DNA of 64,000 nt, taken from contig BAAIJX010000001.1 in NCBI GenBank assembly GCA_054600435.1, positions 930,001-994,000 on the forward strand. The letters run 5' to 3'. Of this stretch, positions 36,977-48,326 are shown in pieces (within the stretch, counting starts at the first letter, position 1; each line of letters begins with the position of its first letter). This DNA is from Neophaeotheca triangularis. Lineage: Eukaryota. The translations under genes were made by a program, and so were the position numbers. The notes under the pieces were generated by a model. The model saw only the letters and a program-made list of their open reading frames with translations. It made no database searches and was not told where the DNA came from.

Positions 36977-39900
36977 TCACTCGTACCCAAAAATCATCTC
37001 CCAATCCAACTCGCCCCTTTGGCGCCCAGCGTCCCCGAGCTTCCCCTCCTGTTTCCCCTCCTGCAACCTCCCAGGCGCCTTAGCTGCACCGCTCTCATCT
37101 CCCGCCTCCCCCATCCTCACATCCCCATCACCAGAACGCGCAACCTCATCAAAGCCCAGATCCAACCCGCCAAGCCCCTCAGGCACAGCTGTGTCACCCA
37201 AACCCCGCGGATCCCACTTAAGCGCCATGAACAGGCGGTCGCTCTCGCTGACGTCACTGCCGGAGGAGCCCTGGCTACTAGGAGTGGATTCGGTCGGGGG
37301 ACTGTAATCGCCGAGCAGACCGCCCGTGAGCTCGGGTTCGAGATCAGCAGGGCGCAGGTTCCAGGTGAAGTCGTCAGAATTGGTGGCGGGGAAGAAGTCT
37401 TGGGCGGCGAATGTGGGGTCCAGACCTGCGAGCTCGGTGCCCAGATCGAGATGTGTCGAGAGTAGATCTTGCCAAGCCGCGTTGTTGTCGTTTTCACCTG
37501 TAAGGGCTGGGAGGGACGAGTGGGGTTTGTGAATCGTGGGTGTGTTGTTAGGGGGTGGCGAGGGCAGTGTGAAGCCCATTTGCTCGGCCATGGCGTCTTT
37601 GAGCGATTTCGGGGCCTGCTCGATGGGTTGGTGTTGTTCGGCTGCTGTGGACACTGCTTTGTTCTCGCCCATGGGACGGCGACTAGCGGCCGGAGTGGTG
37701 CTGGTTTTGCCCGCAAGCTTGCTGATTGTGCTCGTGGAAGGCGTGTCAGGGGAGCCCGACACGCCTGCTGCTGCAGCCGAGGGAGTGAGCGCTTCTTGCT
37801 TGATAGCTGGAGTGAGGCCTTCGCGCTTGACGCTATTTTGCAAAGCACCTGCGGCTGAAGATTTCGCCTTGACTTGCAAAGGCGCCTTAGCAACGGACAC
37901 CTGCGCTTTCGGGTTGCCTTCGGCATCCACGTTGAGCGCATCTGCAGCGCTCTCCAGCAGATACTGCAGTGGGTCCTCGTGCGGCTTGTGTTCGGCTTCC
38001 ACATGCTTGCGCAGCGCTTCCTCCGTCTCGAAGCCTGAAATGTAGGCTTGACAAAAGGGATCACCGCGACACTTGAACTTCTGTTTCGCATTCTGCTGCT
38101 CTTCGGCCTCTGCTTTGAGTTGCTGCGGCGTCTTCCGCATGAGCTCTGGACTTGCGCCTTTGATCCCGCCGCTAGCGAGAGGACTCTGCGCGACGATGCC
38201 AGGTGTACCGGCCTGGCTGACCGGTGTAGGCGCATGGCTATTAGCCTCCGGATTGGGCTTCTGCCGCTTGCCCGGGGGCATCTTGAGCTTGTCGGGTGTG
38301 AGTTCATCCTTGCGTGAGTTGGAATAATTCGGCACACCGTGTGGGCTTGACACGCTCCGCTCAGGCCAGTCAAAGGTCTTATTGGCATCCGTAGGTGCCG
38401 GTGGAGCCTTGTTTGACGCATTCTGAGACTTTTTGCCTTGCCCGCCCTGCTGTGCTTTCTTGCCAGCCTCTTGACCCTGCGCCTTCTTCTGATCCTGAGG
38501 CTTCGCAGTGGCAACCTGCTGTTGCGCAGGCGCCTGTGCCGGGGTAGGCGGCTTCGCTGAGCTTCCCGCATTGTTAGCATTCACATGTGCCCTGAACTTA
38601 GACAGCGCCCCAAAGTAAGCCAAGATGATCTTTTCGTACTGCAAGATCTGCTCGAGATTGATAGACAAGTGTCCTTTGATATTGCCATCTTTGTCAGCAA
38701 CGTTCTGACTGAAGATGAGTGCTGCCCGCATTGCACCCTTGATGGTTTCATCGCTTATGAACGGTGCAGTCATAGCAAAATTATACGTCGTCGAGATGCG
38801 TTTGACCGGCTCAAACATGCGGCCAAGGATTGGGCGAGCTTGTTTCATCGCTTGCGCATCAAGCTGGACCGGGGGCCCTTTGGGAGTCTCTTGATCAATC
38901 TCGCGCACAAAGCTTTCGATCTTCGCCTTCACGGCCTGATTCGGATTCGGAGCTGGTTTCTGAGCCTGCTGCTGCTGCTGCTGTTGTTGTTGCTGCGCCT
39001 GAGGCTGCATTTGCTGGCCAGGCTGTTTCGTGGACGCGTTGGGACGGCCTCCAACCTTCCGGAGATTGTCATTCTTCATACGTTGCAGTAGTTCCGCACG
39101 CTGCGCCTCGGGTAAATGCATCATTTGATCCGGAGTCGGCATTTGATAGCCACCTGATCGGTTAGCTTGCATTGGCGGTGCTTGCTGGGGAGTTTCCTGT
39201 TGGCCATTGGGATTTGGTATCTCAACCAGCTCGTCATTCGCGGTCGAGGGACGCTTCTGTCCAGTTTGCTGCCCAGGGGACTGCTGGGATGGGCCCCTCT
39301 GACCAGGGGACTGCTGAGCTCCGTTCCTGGGCATCTGAGGAGCGGCGCCTTTGTTATGCTGCAATTGTGCGTTGCGAATCGCTTGCTGTTGTGCCAACTG
39401 CTGCTGGTTCTGGGTTTGCTGGAGAAAGGCTCGCCTGCGACTCTCCGTGATGTACTGTCGAATCTGCTCATCCGTCTGATTGCCCGATTGTGGGAACTTA
39501 TGACGAAAGGCCTGCAATTCTTGATCTGAAACATTCATGTTAGGCCCACGAGGTGGCATTGGCGCACCACCTTGCCCCTGGTTATGCGGCGCTTGCATTG
39601 GCGTTCCCATGGGCGCAGTCGGAGCCGGACCGCCAGGCATGCCGGGCATGGGTGTGTTCGGAGGGCCGAAGCCTTGACTTTGCCCTTGATGTTGTTGCGC
39701 TTGTTGCTGTTGCTGTTGCGCCTTGTGTTGTGCCATGACTGCTTGCAAAGCGGTGTGCAATTCTTGCTTGTTGTGCGAAAACCATTGACCTTGCCCTTGG
39801 CTCAGCTTGTCCAAGGTGTTGGGAGGCATCTGGCTCTGGTTCTGCAGTACATGTGATTTGAGGTCGCCCCACGACTGGATGTTCTGAGGCGCCGAAATAT

Positions 39901-42221
39901 TTAAGCTTGACAGCATTTTCTTTGGGAATGGACGCGAATCCATGGCTTTTTGACGGATCATGATCTGTTGCTGTTGTCGCATGCGTTCTTGAATCTGGGC
40001 TGATTGGTTTTGACTAGGATTCTGGTTCTGACCATTCATCTGCTGGTTTGCTGGTGGCTGTGAATTGAAGTCTGGGACCGAATTTGCCATGTTTTGCTGC
40101 ATGTTGTTCATGCCACCAGGCTGACCTGGCTGAGACATTGCATTGTTCATCCCAGGCGGCATGCCCATCGGCATGCCTTGACCGGGCATACCGACGCCCT
40201 GTTGTTGTGCCATCGCACGATTTTGCTTCATGTGCATTGAGTGCAATATTCCCTGCACTTGCTCGGGCGTGAAGGTTGCCAACTTTTCCCTGAATTGCGG
40301 TGGCATGCTGTTGATGAGGTTCTGTGCGTCGCCTTGCTGCATCTGACCCGGTACACCCTGAGGCATAGGCTGACCATTGTGATGTGCGTTCATCATTTGC
40401 TGGAAGTGCGCTTGCAGCTGTGTAGGATTACTAGAAGGCGTCGGAGGCATATCTTGCCCTCTGTTTTGCTGTGGCGTGGAAGGATTCTGCTGACCAGGAG
40501 GTCCCATTGGCCTGTTCAGCATTGGCATCTGAGCTGGGCTATTGACCTGCCCAGCAGAGCCACTCATGTTGGTGTTCTGTGCATTCAAACCGCCAGGCTG
40601 ACCGGTCAATTGATTCGGGCGATTCTGCTGCTGTGGCAGTGGTTGCCCTTGTTGTTGTTGTTGCTGCTGCTGCTGCTGACGTTGTTGATGAGCGAGCTGC
40701 AGCGCTTGTGCGTGTTGTTGAGCGGCCTGATTCTGCTTCTGCTTTTCCTGTTGCTGCTGTTTGGCCCGCATAAGCATCTCTGCTTGCATTTGTTGGTTCA
40801 CTGGCTGCTGCGGTTGCTGAGGCCTCTGCTGCTGTTGTTGTTGCTGACCACTTTGCTGGACATTCTGATTCCCGAGCAGCTGAGGGTTGACGCTTTGCGA
40901 CCCATTGTTTTGCTGCTGCTGGCCACCACCCGCATTATTGCGGTTATTGGGATTATTGGGATGATTCGGGTGGTTGGGGTTGTTGCTCGCCGGCACCACT
41001 TGTTCGCCGGACTGCTGCATTTTGATTGCATTGGCCTGCTGTCCCTGGAAGTTGGTGAAATCCGTGTTTCCAGTGCTTTGCTGCATGGGATTGCGGTTGC
41101 TCATGCCGCTATTGTTGCCAGCTTGTGCCACATTCTGGCCTTGTTGAGCATTGTTCGCTCGGCGCTTCTGAACCTGCATGTGGGCTTGCTTGATGACCAT
41201 CTGGAAGAGGGGGTCTTTGCCTCGGATTTGGGCTCGCTGCTGGTCGTTAATCTTCAACAAACACTCGTTCCTCAGCTGTTGTTTTCGTGATTCATTCATG
41301 TTGTTCATCATTTGCCGAGCCTGCGCCAGGACCTCGGGATCAATTCCTTGGGCTTGACCCTGACCTTGCCCCTGCCCTTGTTGCTGTGGATTTCGCGAGT
41401 TGGCGTTCTGCATCTGGGGAGCGCTCATATTGGGCGGCATCTGCTGAGACATCTGCGATCCCTGCAGCGCAGAAGGATCCATGGTATTGCCAGTCTGCTG
41501 AGGAAGCGGCGTCGGCTGCATCGGCCGCTGGAGATGTGCTGGAAAGCCTTGACCCTGTTGACCACCATTGGGCAAGTTCATCTGATTCGGCGGCATGCCA
41601 ATCCCCTGGTTTTGCATGTTCATCCCACCCATCCCGTTCATCTGCATATTCCCAAATCCATGCATGCCGTTCTGCACCATGCCCATGTTGTTGCCCATGT
41701 TGTTCGTCGGCATGTTACCACTCATCTGGCCCATTGCATTCCCGCCCATGCCGTTATCGTTGGGCATACCCATTCCTCCGTTGGTCATGTTCTGTTGCTG
41801 TGCCTGCTGGTTGCGCCTTTGCATAACTTCCTGCATCTTGTGCTTCATAGTGTTGAGGTACATGTCCTTGTTGGCGCTGCTAACCATAGTCTTGTGCTCA
41901 AAGTTTTCGGCGGTGTTTAAGCAAGCGCCAATATTGGGGTTGAGTATTCGTAGTTGGGAGATTCTGGTGACTTGAGTCAGCAGGGGTCATTACAGATCAA
42001 ACGTTGTCTCGGGTAGCTGTTACGCACAGTTGGATAATCTGAGCAGCACGTTCCCGCGCATCCATGGTACATTGCCACCCCATGCCGGTCGCGGGCTGTC
42101 TGGACAAGTCGTCCATGACCTTGGCATGTAGTTGCTGGTTCAAATTACCGGATTGAGGCCGCTGCATTTGGTTCATGTTGGGCGGCGGCATGCCGTTGGG
42201 CATCATGTTCGCTTGCTCCAT
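36977..42221 (-). CDS. MED15: Mediator subunit Med15/Gal11-like (N-terminal KIX-type domain, Q/N/M-rich body), 2 exons
   Basis: Intron about 42027-41964 joins WQCTMDARERAAQIIQL to ISQLRILN...AENFEHKTM...KDMYLNTMKHKM (KIX-like). Polyglutamine tracts and a C2H2-like CRGDPFC...EEALRKHVEAEH near the C-terminus. Confidence 0.78.
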
Positions 42222-43456
42222 GGTGGAGGACGAACGATTGCAAGAGCAAGGTCGGCGAACGACTAGGTTGCACTAGGTATAGCAAATTTCGAGCGTAACA
42301 TTCGTCGTCGTCGTCGTCGGCGGCGGCTTTCCGGTACTGAAGATGGGCCTTTTTGGCTGGTAGCGAGAAGTAGAAAGCAGGGTTGATCGCAAAACGTCGG
42401 TCCTGCGGTGAGGGAAGGCAGGTTAAGGTAAGGCAAGGCGATAGATGACACGGCGGCGCGAGGAGTCACAGCAGTAGAGGGCAGGGCGTACGAGAGCGTG
42501 GCCTCGCTGACCTGTGACTGGACTGGTGTGCTGTTGGCTGCGGCCAGCGCGGCTTGTGACCGTGGAAAAGTAGTGGTCGTGGAGGCTATGTTGGCGGGAG
42601 GGGGGTGAAGAATGGTAAGTGAGGTGAAGCAAGGTCAGGTAGGGAAGTAGAGAAAGAAGCAAGAAGCTGGGCGTGAGTAGCAGTGTAGAGGAGAGAGAGT
42701 GTGTTGTAGAGTAGGTAGTAGTAAGGTGGTAGTAGAGCTTGTGAATGTGCGGATGATCACCACAAGGCTCCCGTCCTCAGGGTCGCTGTCAGTACCGAAT
42801 AAGGTACAGTACCTAACCTAACCTAACTTATTACATTAGTCGTGGGCTCGAGCGTCGGGTACTCTGCGACGATCGGCGACGGCGACACGGGCGGTGGATT
42901 ATTATTATACCTATATTATTATTATTATAATATATTATAATATATCGTTCAACTGTATTTCACCTGTCACACGTCGAGTCTAATAAAAATCTAATTCTCT
43001 GCATGCAAAATATTCACCATCATCATTTCCATCCATTCTTTTCTTATGATTTAAAATACCTCGCACGTATTGCGTTCTTCTATAAGTAATAATTGATGGC
43101 TACCCAACCATTACCAATTAAATCTTCTACTAAAGTCGTCGCTCCAAAGGACGGGATGGAAGAGACCCCAAATAAAGTGCAAGCCGGTTGGAACAGGACA
43201 AGCATATGTGGTGGCTTGCTTGACTCGCTTGAAGCCGGGCTTTCGAGCCTGTTTAAGAAGCTCTCTCACTCCACTGTCTCACTCTCACCCGGCCTACGAC
43301 GACGACTACCACTTGTGTTTCAGCGATTAGGTAGAGCTTCTAGTTCTACCTTTCGTAGGACTGCTCGCTAACGTTCACCCTCGCCGTCGTCTTGGAATCA
43401 ACGAGACAATCCTCAGATTGCTGAGCCGCGCCATATCTCTGCCTCTGCCCCAAAAG

Positions 43457-44388
43457 TTAAGGCATGACCTCGATCCCCTTAAACTCCTTGGTAACCCCAG
43501 TGATTGCCTCCTCCACTGGCAGACGCTCCATACTGCTCGCGCCAAAAAACCCATGCACCCCCCGACACCTACTAAGCACAAACCTCGCATCCTCAGGCCT
43601 CGCAATCGGGCCCCCGTGACATAGCACAATCACATCCCCCCTGACCTCCCTCGCCGCATCCCCAATCGCCTGCACGTCCCTCACGCACTGCTCGAGCGAC
43701 TTTCCACTCTTCGCGCCAATGCCCCCACTACTCGTCAATCCCATATGCGCAACAACAACATCCGCACCCGCCTTCGCCATCAACCTCGCCTCCTCAGGGT
43801 TAAAAACATATGGCGTCGTGAGCAGACCCATCCCAGACGCCAATTCCACCATTCGAACCTCACACTCCTCGTAACCCATCCCCGTCTCCTCCAAATTCGC
43901 CCTAAACTGCCCATCCACCAGCCCAACCGTGGGGAAATTCTGCACACCCGCGAACCCCAAGCCTTTCAGCTCTTGCAAAAATCTCTGCATATCGCGAAAA
44001 GGGTCTGAAGCGCACACGCCCGCTATGACGGGGGTGTGTGAGACGACGGGTAGGATTTCTTTGGCCATGTCTACGACGACGTCGTTGGCGTTGCCGTAGG
44101 GCATTAGGCCCGCTAGGGAGCCGCGGCCGGCCATACGGAAGCGACCGCTGTTGTAGAGGATTAGCAGGTCGCCGCCGCCTTGTTCAACGAATTTGGCTGA
44201 GAGGCCGATGCCTGCGGATGTGAATTGGTTAGTTGAGAAGTTTTTATAGTCGGGGGGTTGGTTTCCTTGTTCTGGTTCAAGGACTTTTTCGCAACCTTAC
44301 CAGCTCCAGCCCCGACGATGGCTTTACCATCCTTGATCTGCTTGCGGAACCCTTCGAGTATTTGCTTCTTATCGGTTGGTGGCGACAT
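43457..44388 (-). CDS. TIM-barrel signal transduction / PEP-hydrolase-like protein (Tm-1 C-terminal domain family), 2 exons
   Basis: Intron 44300-44212. Spliced [49 protein letters not shown]; also [54 protein letters not shown]. Confidence 0.92.
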
Positions 44389-44894
44389 GGTGAATTTGAG
44401 ATACCGACGAACTCAACTGCTGCGAGAGACAGCTACAAGCGAGCCTTTCGGACTGACTCAACCAGAATTGGTCAAGTAGCGGTTGTGTATAGTCTGGAAA
44501 GCGCTTCAGCAGAGTGTCTTCGGCAAGAATGAGAATTGATGCAGTATCTAGGTAATTTTCGATACTCAATTATTGAAGCAACGAGAGAAGTGTCGATCGG
44601 ATGATGGAAGTCGGTTCGGGTTGCTCTGCATGCACCCCAGCATCACTCGGCTCCACAACAGCTACATAAGGTAAGGTACCTACCTGGTATTCATTAACAT
44701 CATACCTTACCTAGCCACGAAAGTTCTATCAACGACCTCTACGAGACCGCAAAGTACCAAACCGACCACCGCCAAGGCAATTCGACATACCCAATAACAA
44801 ACATTCACAAATCTATCGAGGCATCCTTCATCAACAAATCCACTGCCTACCAACCCCAAAACTCAAACAAAGTCGAAAACCAACCCAACCAACC

Positions 44895-46178
44895 ATGCCA
44901 ACCATCCTCCTCCTAGGAACCTTCGACACCAAACTCACCGAACTCCTCCACCTGCACTCGCAAATAACCCGCGCAAACCCAACAACCCACACCATCCTCC
45001 TCGACGTCGGCCGCACACCAACCACGCACCCAGCAATCACAATCCCCCAACCCCACCTCGCCACAACCTACGCCCCGGACCCGCAAAACCCCAAAGACCC
45101 CTCAACCCTGCCCCGCGTCGAAGTGATCAAATACATGACCGCGTGCGCTTGCAACTACATCCGCGAGCACCTGCGCCGCGCCGAGCCCCTTCACGGTATC
45201 ATCGGCGCCGGCGGCAGCGGGGGCACAAGCCTCGCTGCGGCAGTGATGCGCGAGGCCCTGCCTACCGGGTTTCCCAAGTTGATTGTGAGTACCATTGCTT
45301 CCGGCGATACGCGAGCCGTGGTGGGCGAAACGGATGTCACGTTGATGTACTCGGTCGTTGACGTTGCGGGGTTGAATTGGGTTTTGAGACGGGTTTTGGG
45401 GAGTGCGGCGGGGGCTATTGTGGGGATGGCAGAGGCTTATGAGAGGGGGTTGAGGGAGGAGGAGGAGGAGGGGGATGGGGTTGGAGGTGGCGAGCGAAAG
45501 ATGCGTGTCGGTTTGACCATGTTTGGGGTTACGACGCCGTGTGTGACTGCCGTGAAAAAGTTTTTGGAAGAGCAGTATGCGGTTGAGTGTTTTGTTTTCC
45601 ATTGCACGGGTGCTGGGGGTAGGGCGTTGGAGCGGTTGATTAGGGAGGGCAAGATTGATGCGGTCTTGGATGTTACTACGACGGAGATTTGTGATTTTCT
45701 GTTTGGGGGTACTATGAGTGCTGGACCGCAGAGGTTGGAGGCGGCGTTGAAGGCGGGGATTCCGAATGTTGTTAGCCTTGGGGCTACGGATATGGTGAAT
45801 TTTGGCACCAGGGAGACGGTGCCTGAGAAGTATCGGCAAAGGAAGCTGTATGAGCATAATCCTACTGTTACGTTGATGAGGACTTCGCCGGAGGAGTGTA
45901 GAGAGATTGGGGAATTTATGGTAGGAAAAATCAAGGATTTTGCAAAGGAAAGGGGAAATGTCGAGGTCGTGCTGCCTAAAGGGGGCGTAAGCATGATTGC
46001 GGTCCCTGGGGCTGCTTTCGCGGACAAGGAGGCCGATGAAGCAATATTTGGCGCGATAGAGCGAGGGTTACGGAACTCCGGCGTCTTCGTCATTGCTGAC
46101 GACCGGCCGATTAATGACGAGGCATTTGCCATTGACCTGGCTCAGAGGCTGGTACGCAAGATGGGACTTGAAAAGTAG
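44895..46178 (+). CDS. UPF0261 / Tm-1-like ATP-binding domain protein
   Basis: Intronless. Motifs LLGTFDTK, GAGGSGGT, LPTGFPKLIVSTIASG, MYSVVDVAGLN, GLTMFGVTTPCV, VFHCTGAGG, LDVTTTEICD, GATDMVNFG, HNPTVTLMRTSPEE, INDEAFA. Confidence 0.93.
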   Translation: MPTILLLGTFDTKLTELLHLHSQITRANPTTHTILLDVGRTPTTHPAITIPQPHLATTYAPDPQNPKDPSTLPRVEVIKYMTACACNYIREHLRRAEPLHGIIGAGGSGGTSLAAAVMREALPTGFPKLIVSTIASGDTRAVVGETDVTLMYSVVDVAGLNWVLRRVLGSAAGAIVGMAEAYERGLREEEEEGDGVGGGERKMRVGLTMFGVTTPCVTAVKKFLEEQYAVECFVFHCTGAGGRALERLIREGKIDAVLDVTTTEICDFLFGGTMSAGPQRLEAALKAGIPNVVSLGATDMVNFGTRETVPEKYRQRKLYEHNPTVTLMRTSPEECREIGEFMVGKIKDFAKERGNVEVVLPKGGVSMIAVPGAAFADKEADEAIFGAIERGLRNSGVFVIADDRPINDEAFAIDLAQRLVRKMGLEK

Positions 46179-46790
46179 AGCGTGAAATGTCTTTCTTGGA
46201 GCTGATACAAGCTTGCAAATATGCTCAGCCGAGCAGTCTGAGTCGTCTGTGTGATGTCAAGGAGGACAAGGATTCTGATCACACTCCGTGAATGTAACCA
46301 CTAATGTGTCGCTGCACGCTGCTCGCTGGCCCAAGGCTCAAACGGGGATATCCTAACTTTTCACTCACAAGCTCTCTGAATTGCAGCGAAGTGCACTGCC
46401 ACCGAATCCTTTAGAACCCAGGACGATGAGTCTTTTTCAATAGCCGTGCGATCAATCACAAGCCTACGAAGCACGATCTGGTCGGAGAAGGAACTCGATG
46501 ATGTGCTTGATTTTCTGCCTTGGGAACTCGGTATCCGAGCGAGACAGTACCCAAGGAACCACTTCAAGTACCAGGAGTAAGAGGCGCGGTCATCCAGATC
46601 ATGTGCCAGTAATTCCGCTGATCGCAAGACACGAAGAGGGCATTGCCGGGAAGTCGAGGGCACTTTGCACCCGTTATCCCAACTATCGAAGCTCCGGGCG
46701 TTGTCGAGACGAAGAGCTGAGACAGCTTGTGGAAGCGGGCGCCTTCTGTATCCAAGTAGAACATCGTGGCAGCAAAGCGTGACCTTGAGT

Positions 46791-47231
46791 TCAAACGGAC
46801 TTCTTATCAAGCCCAGCAAGTCTCCTATGTTCAAGCAAATAAGCAGACCACATCATCGCCACGACAACCGTGAACATGACATCCTGCGGCGGCTTCTCAA
46901 ACTCGGGGTCGTTCCAATCGGTCCCGGGATACAGAATGGCAACCAAGCCGGCAGCACAGTAGAAGCTGCCAACAAGGGCGGCGTTGAAAGTGTTCTCTTT
47001 CGCTTGTTGTACGGTGGCGGCAGGCCGAAAGGCAAAGTACAGGCTCGTCAGGGAGAGGAAGACACCCAGGGTCATGGTTTGGCCGTTATGGAACTTGGCG
47101 TGAGGTGGCCATCTTGGATTGAGGACGTGGGTTTCCGACCAGTCGGCCACGAAGGCCCCTACGCCGTAGAAGAGATTACCCAAGAGGATGAGGATACGGG
47201 CTGGTGTGATGGGAGGAGAGATGGCGGCCAT
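46791..47231 (-). CDS. Small multi-pass membrane protein of unknown function (DUF6640-like)
   Basis: Intronless, 146 aa, four hydrophobic segments, with the conserved-looking ADWSETHVLNPRWPPHAKFHNGQTMTLG motif. Confidence 0.75.
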   Translation of the reverse strand: MAAISPPITPARILILLGNLFYGVGAFVADWSETHVLNPRWPPHAKFHNGQTMTLGVFLSLTSLYFAFRPAATVQQAKENTFNAALVGSFYCAAGLVAILYPGTDWNDPEFEKPPQDVMFTVVVAMMWSAYLLEHRRLAGLDKKSV

Positions 47232-47885
47232 GGCGGGTGTCGGATGGAGTTCAATACGTCAATAGTCGGTCTAGACGATTGTGAGGTCGTTTCTGTTATA
47301 TCGTGATGTCTTGATGTTCGTGATGTCTTGATGTTGATGGTACGAGTAAGGAACATTTCAGGTCAGCGTATCTTATCGATAAGGACCCACATGAGGTGCC
47401 AGGTGCAACAGGTGCTATCGGATGGAAGCTCGAGCATCATGAGTGTCCCGATCGTCACCATACCACGGCATCAGCACTACCCGGAAGCCACCTCATCCAT
47501 GCATCTAGCCGTCTGAGACAAAACTTCGCACAAGGCATACCTCCACCTCCTAATCACAGAGTTTCTCTCGAGTTTGTACAAACCATCACAGATCATCAGC
47601 TTGCAAACCCTCAACGGCTGCAGCTGCCTGTTCTCAGACCGCCTCCAGCCTTGTCTCTTCCTCATCTCACCAAAGCCATCACCGGCCTCCCACTACTACC
47701 TCCTCAACCTCCTCCTCTCCATCCCTATCTTACCGTTACCAATCAACCACGAGACACCAACGAGAGCGAGCTACCTCGATCCAGCTTACACCACCCAGCT
47801 TCCATATTAGTTCCCCCCTGCAATCACCGACACCTCCAACAACAGCTGAAACAAGCCAAACTACCCTCAGGGAGCCCACGTAGCA

Positions 47886-48326
47886 ATGGGTCTCGCCTAT
47901 AACGTCTACCTCAACACCAAGCGCATCTACGGCTGCAAGAACTGCAAAACTCACCTTGCCGACCACGAAGAGATCATCAGCAGGGTGAGTCCATGCCCAT
48001 CGACCCGTTCCCCCACCACCATCCAGAGTAAACAGCCTAATCACCCAAGACATGCAAACAAGCCCCCAACTAACATGTACATGCGCCCAAAGAACTTCCG
48101 CGGCCAGCACGGCAAAGCCTACCTCTTCAACAGCGTCGTCAACATTCTCGCGGGCGAAGCGGCCGAGCGCAACATGACAACTGGCCGCCACGTGGTTCGC
48201 GACATCTGCTGCCGGCAGTGCAAAGAGACAGTTGGCTGGAAGTACGACCGCGCGTACGAGAGCACGGAGAAGTACAAAGAGGGCAAGTTCATTCTCGAGC
48301 AGGAGCTGATGTGCACGGTGACTTAG
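47886..48326 (+). CDS. MOH1: Yippee/Moh1 zinc-binding protein, 2 exons
   Basis: MGLAYNVYL...YGCKNCKTHLA...IISR / NFRGQHGKAYLF...MTTGRHVVRDICCRQC...VGWKY...KYKEGKFILE. Intron 47985-48092. Confidence 0.92.
   Translation: MGLAYNVYLNTKRIYGCKNCKTHLADHEEIISRVSPCPSTRSPTTIQSKQPNHPRHANKPPTNMYMRPKNFRGQHGKAYLFNSVVNILAGEAAERNMTTGRHVVRDICCRQCKETVGWKYDRAYESTEKYKEGKFILEQELMCTVT

Noticed and set aside
40241..41920. Long plus-strand Leu/His-rich ORFs
   Set aside because: Antisense shadows of the Gln/Met-rich Med15 coding sequence
42812..42827. (CCTAA)3 resembling a telomeric repeat or telomerase template
   Set aside because: The unit is TTAGG rather than TTAGGG, there are only three copies, and it sits in the promoter-like TACC-rich tract
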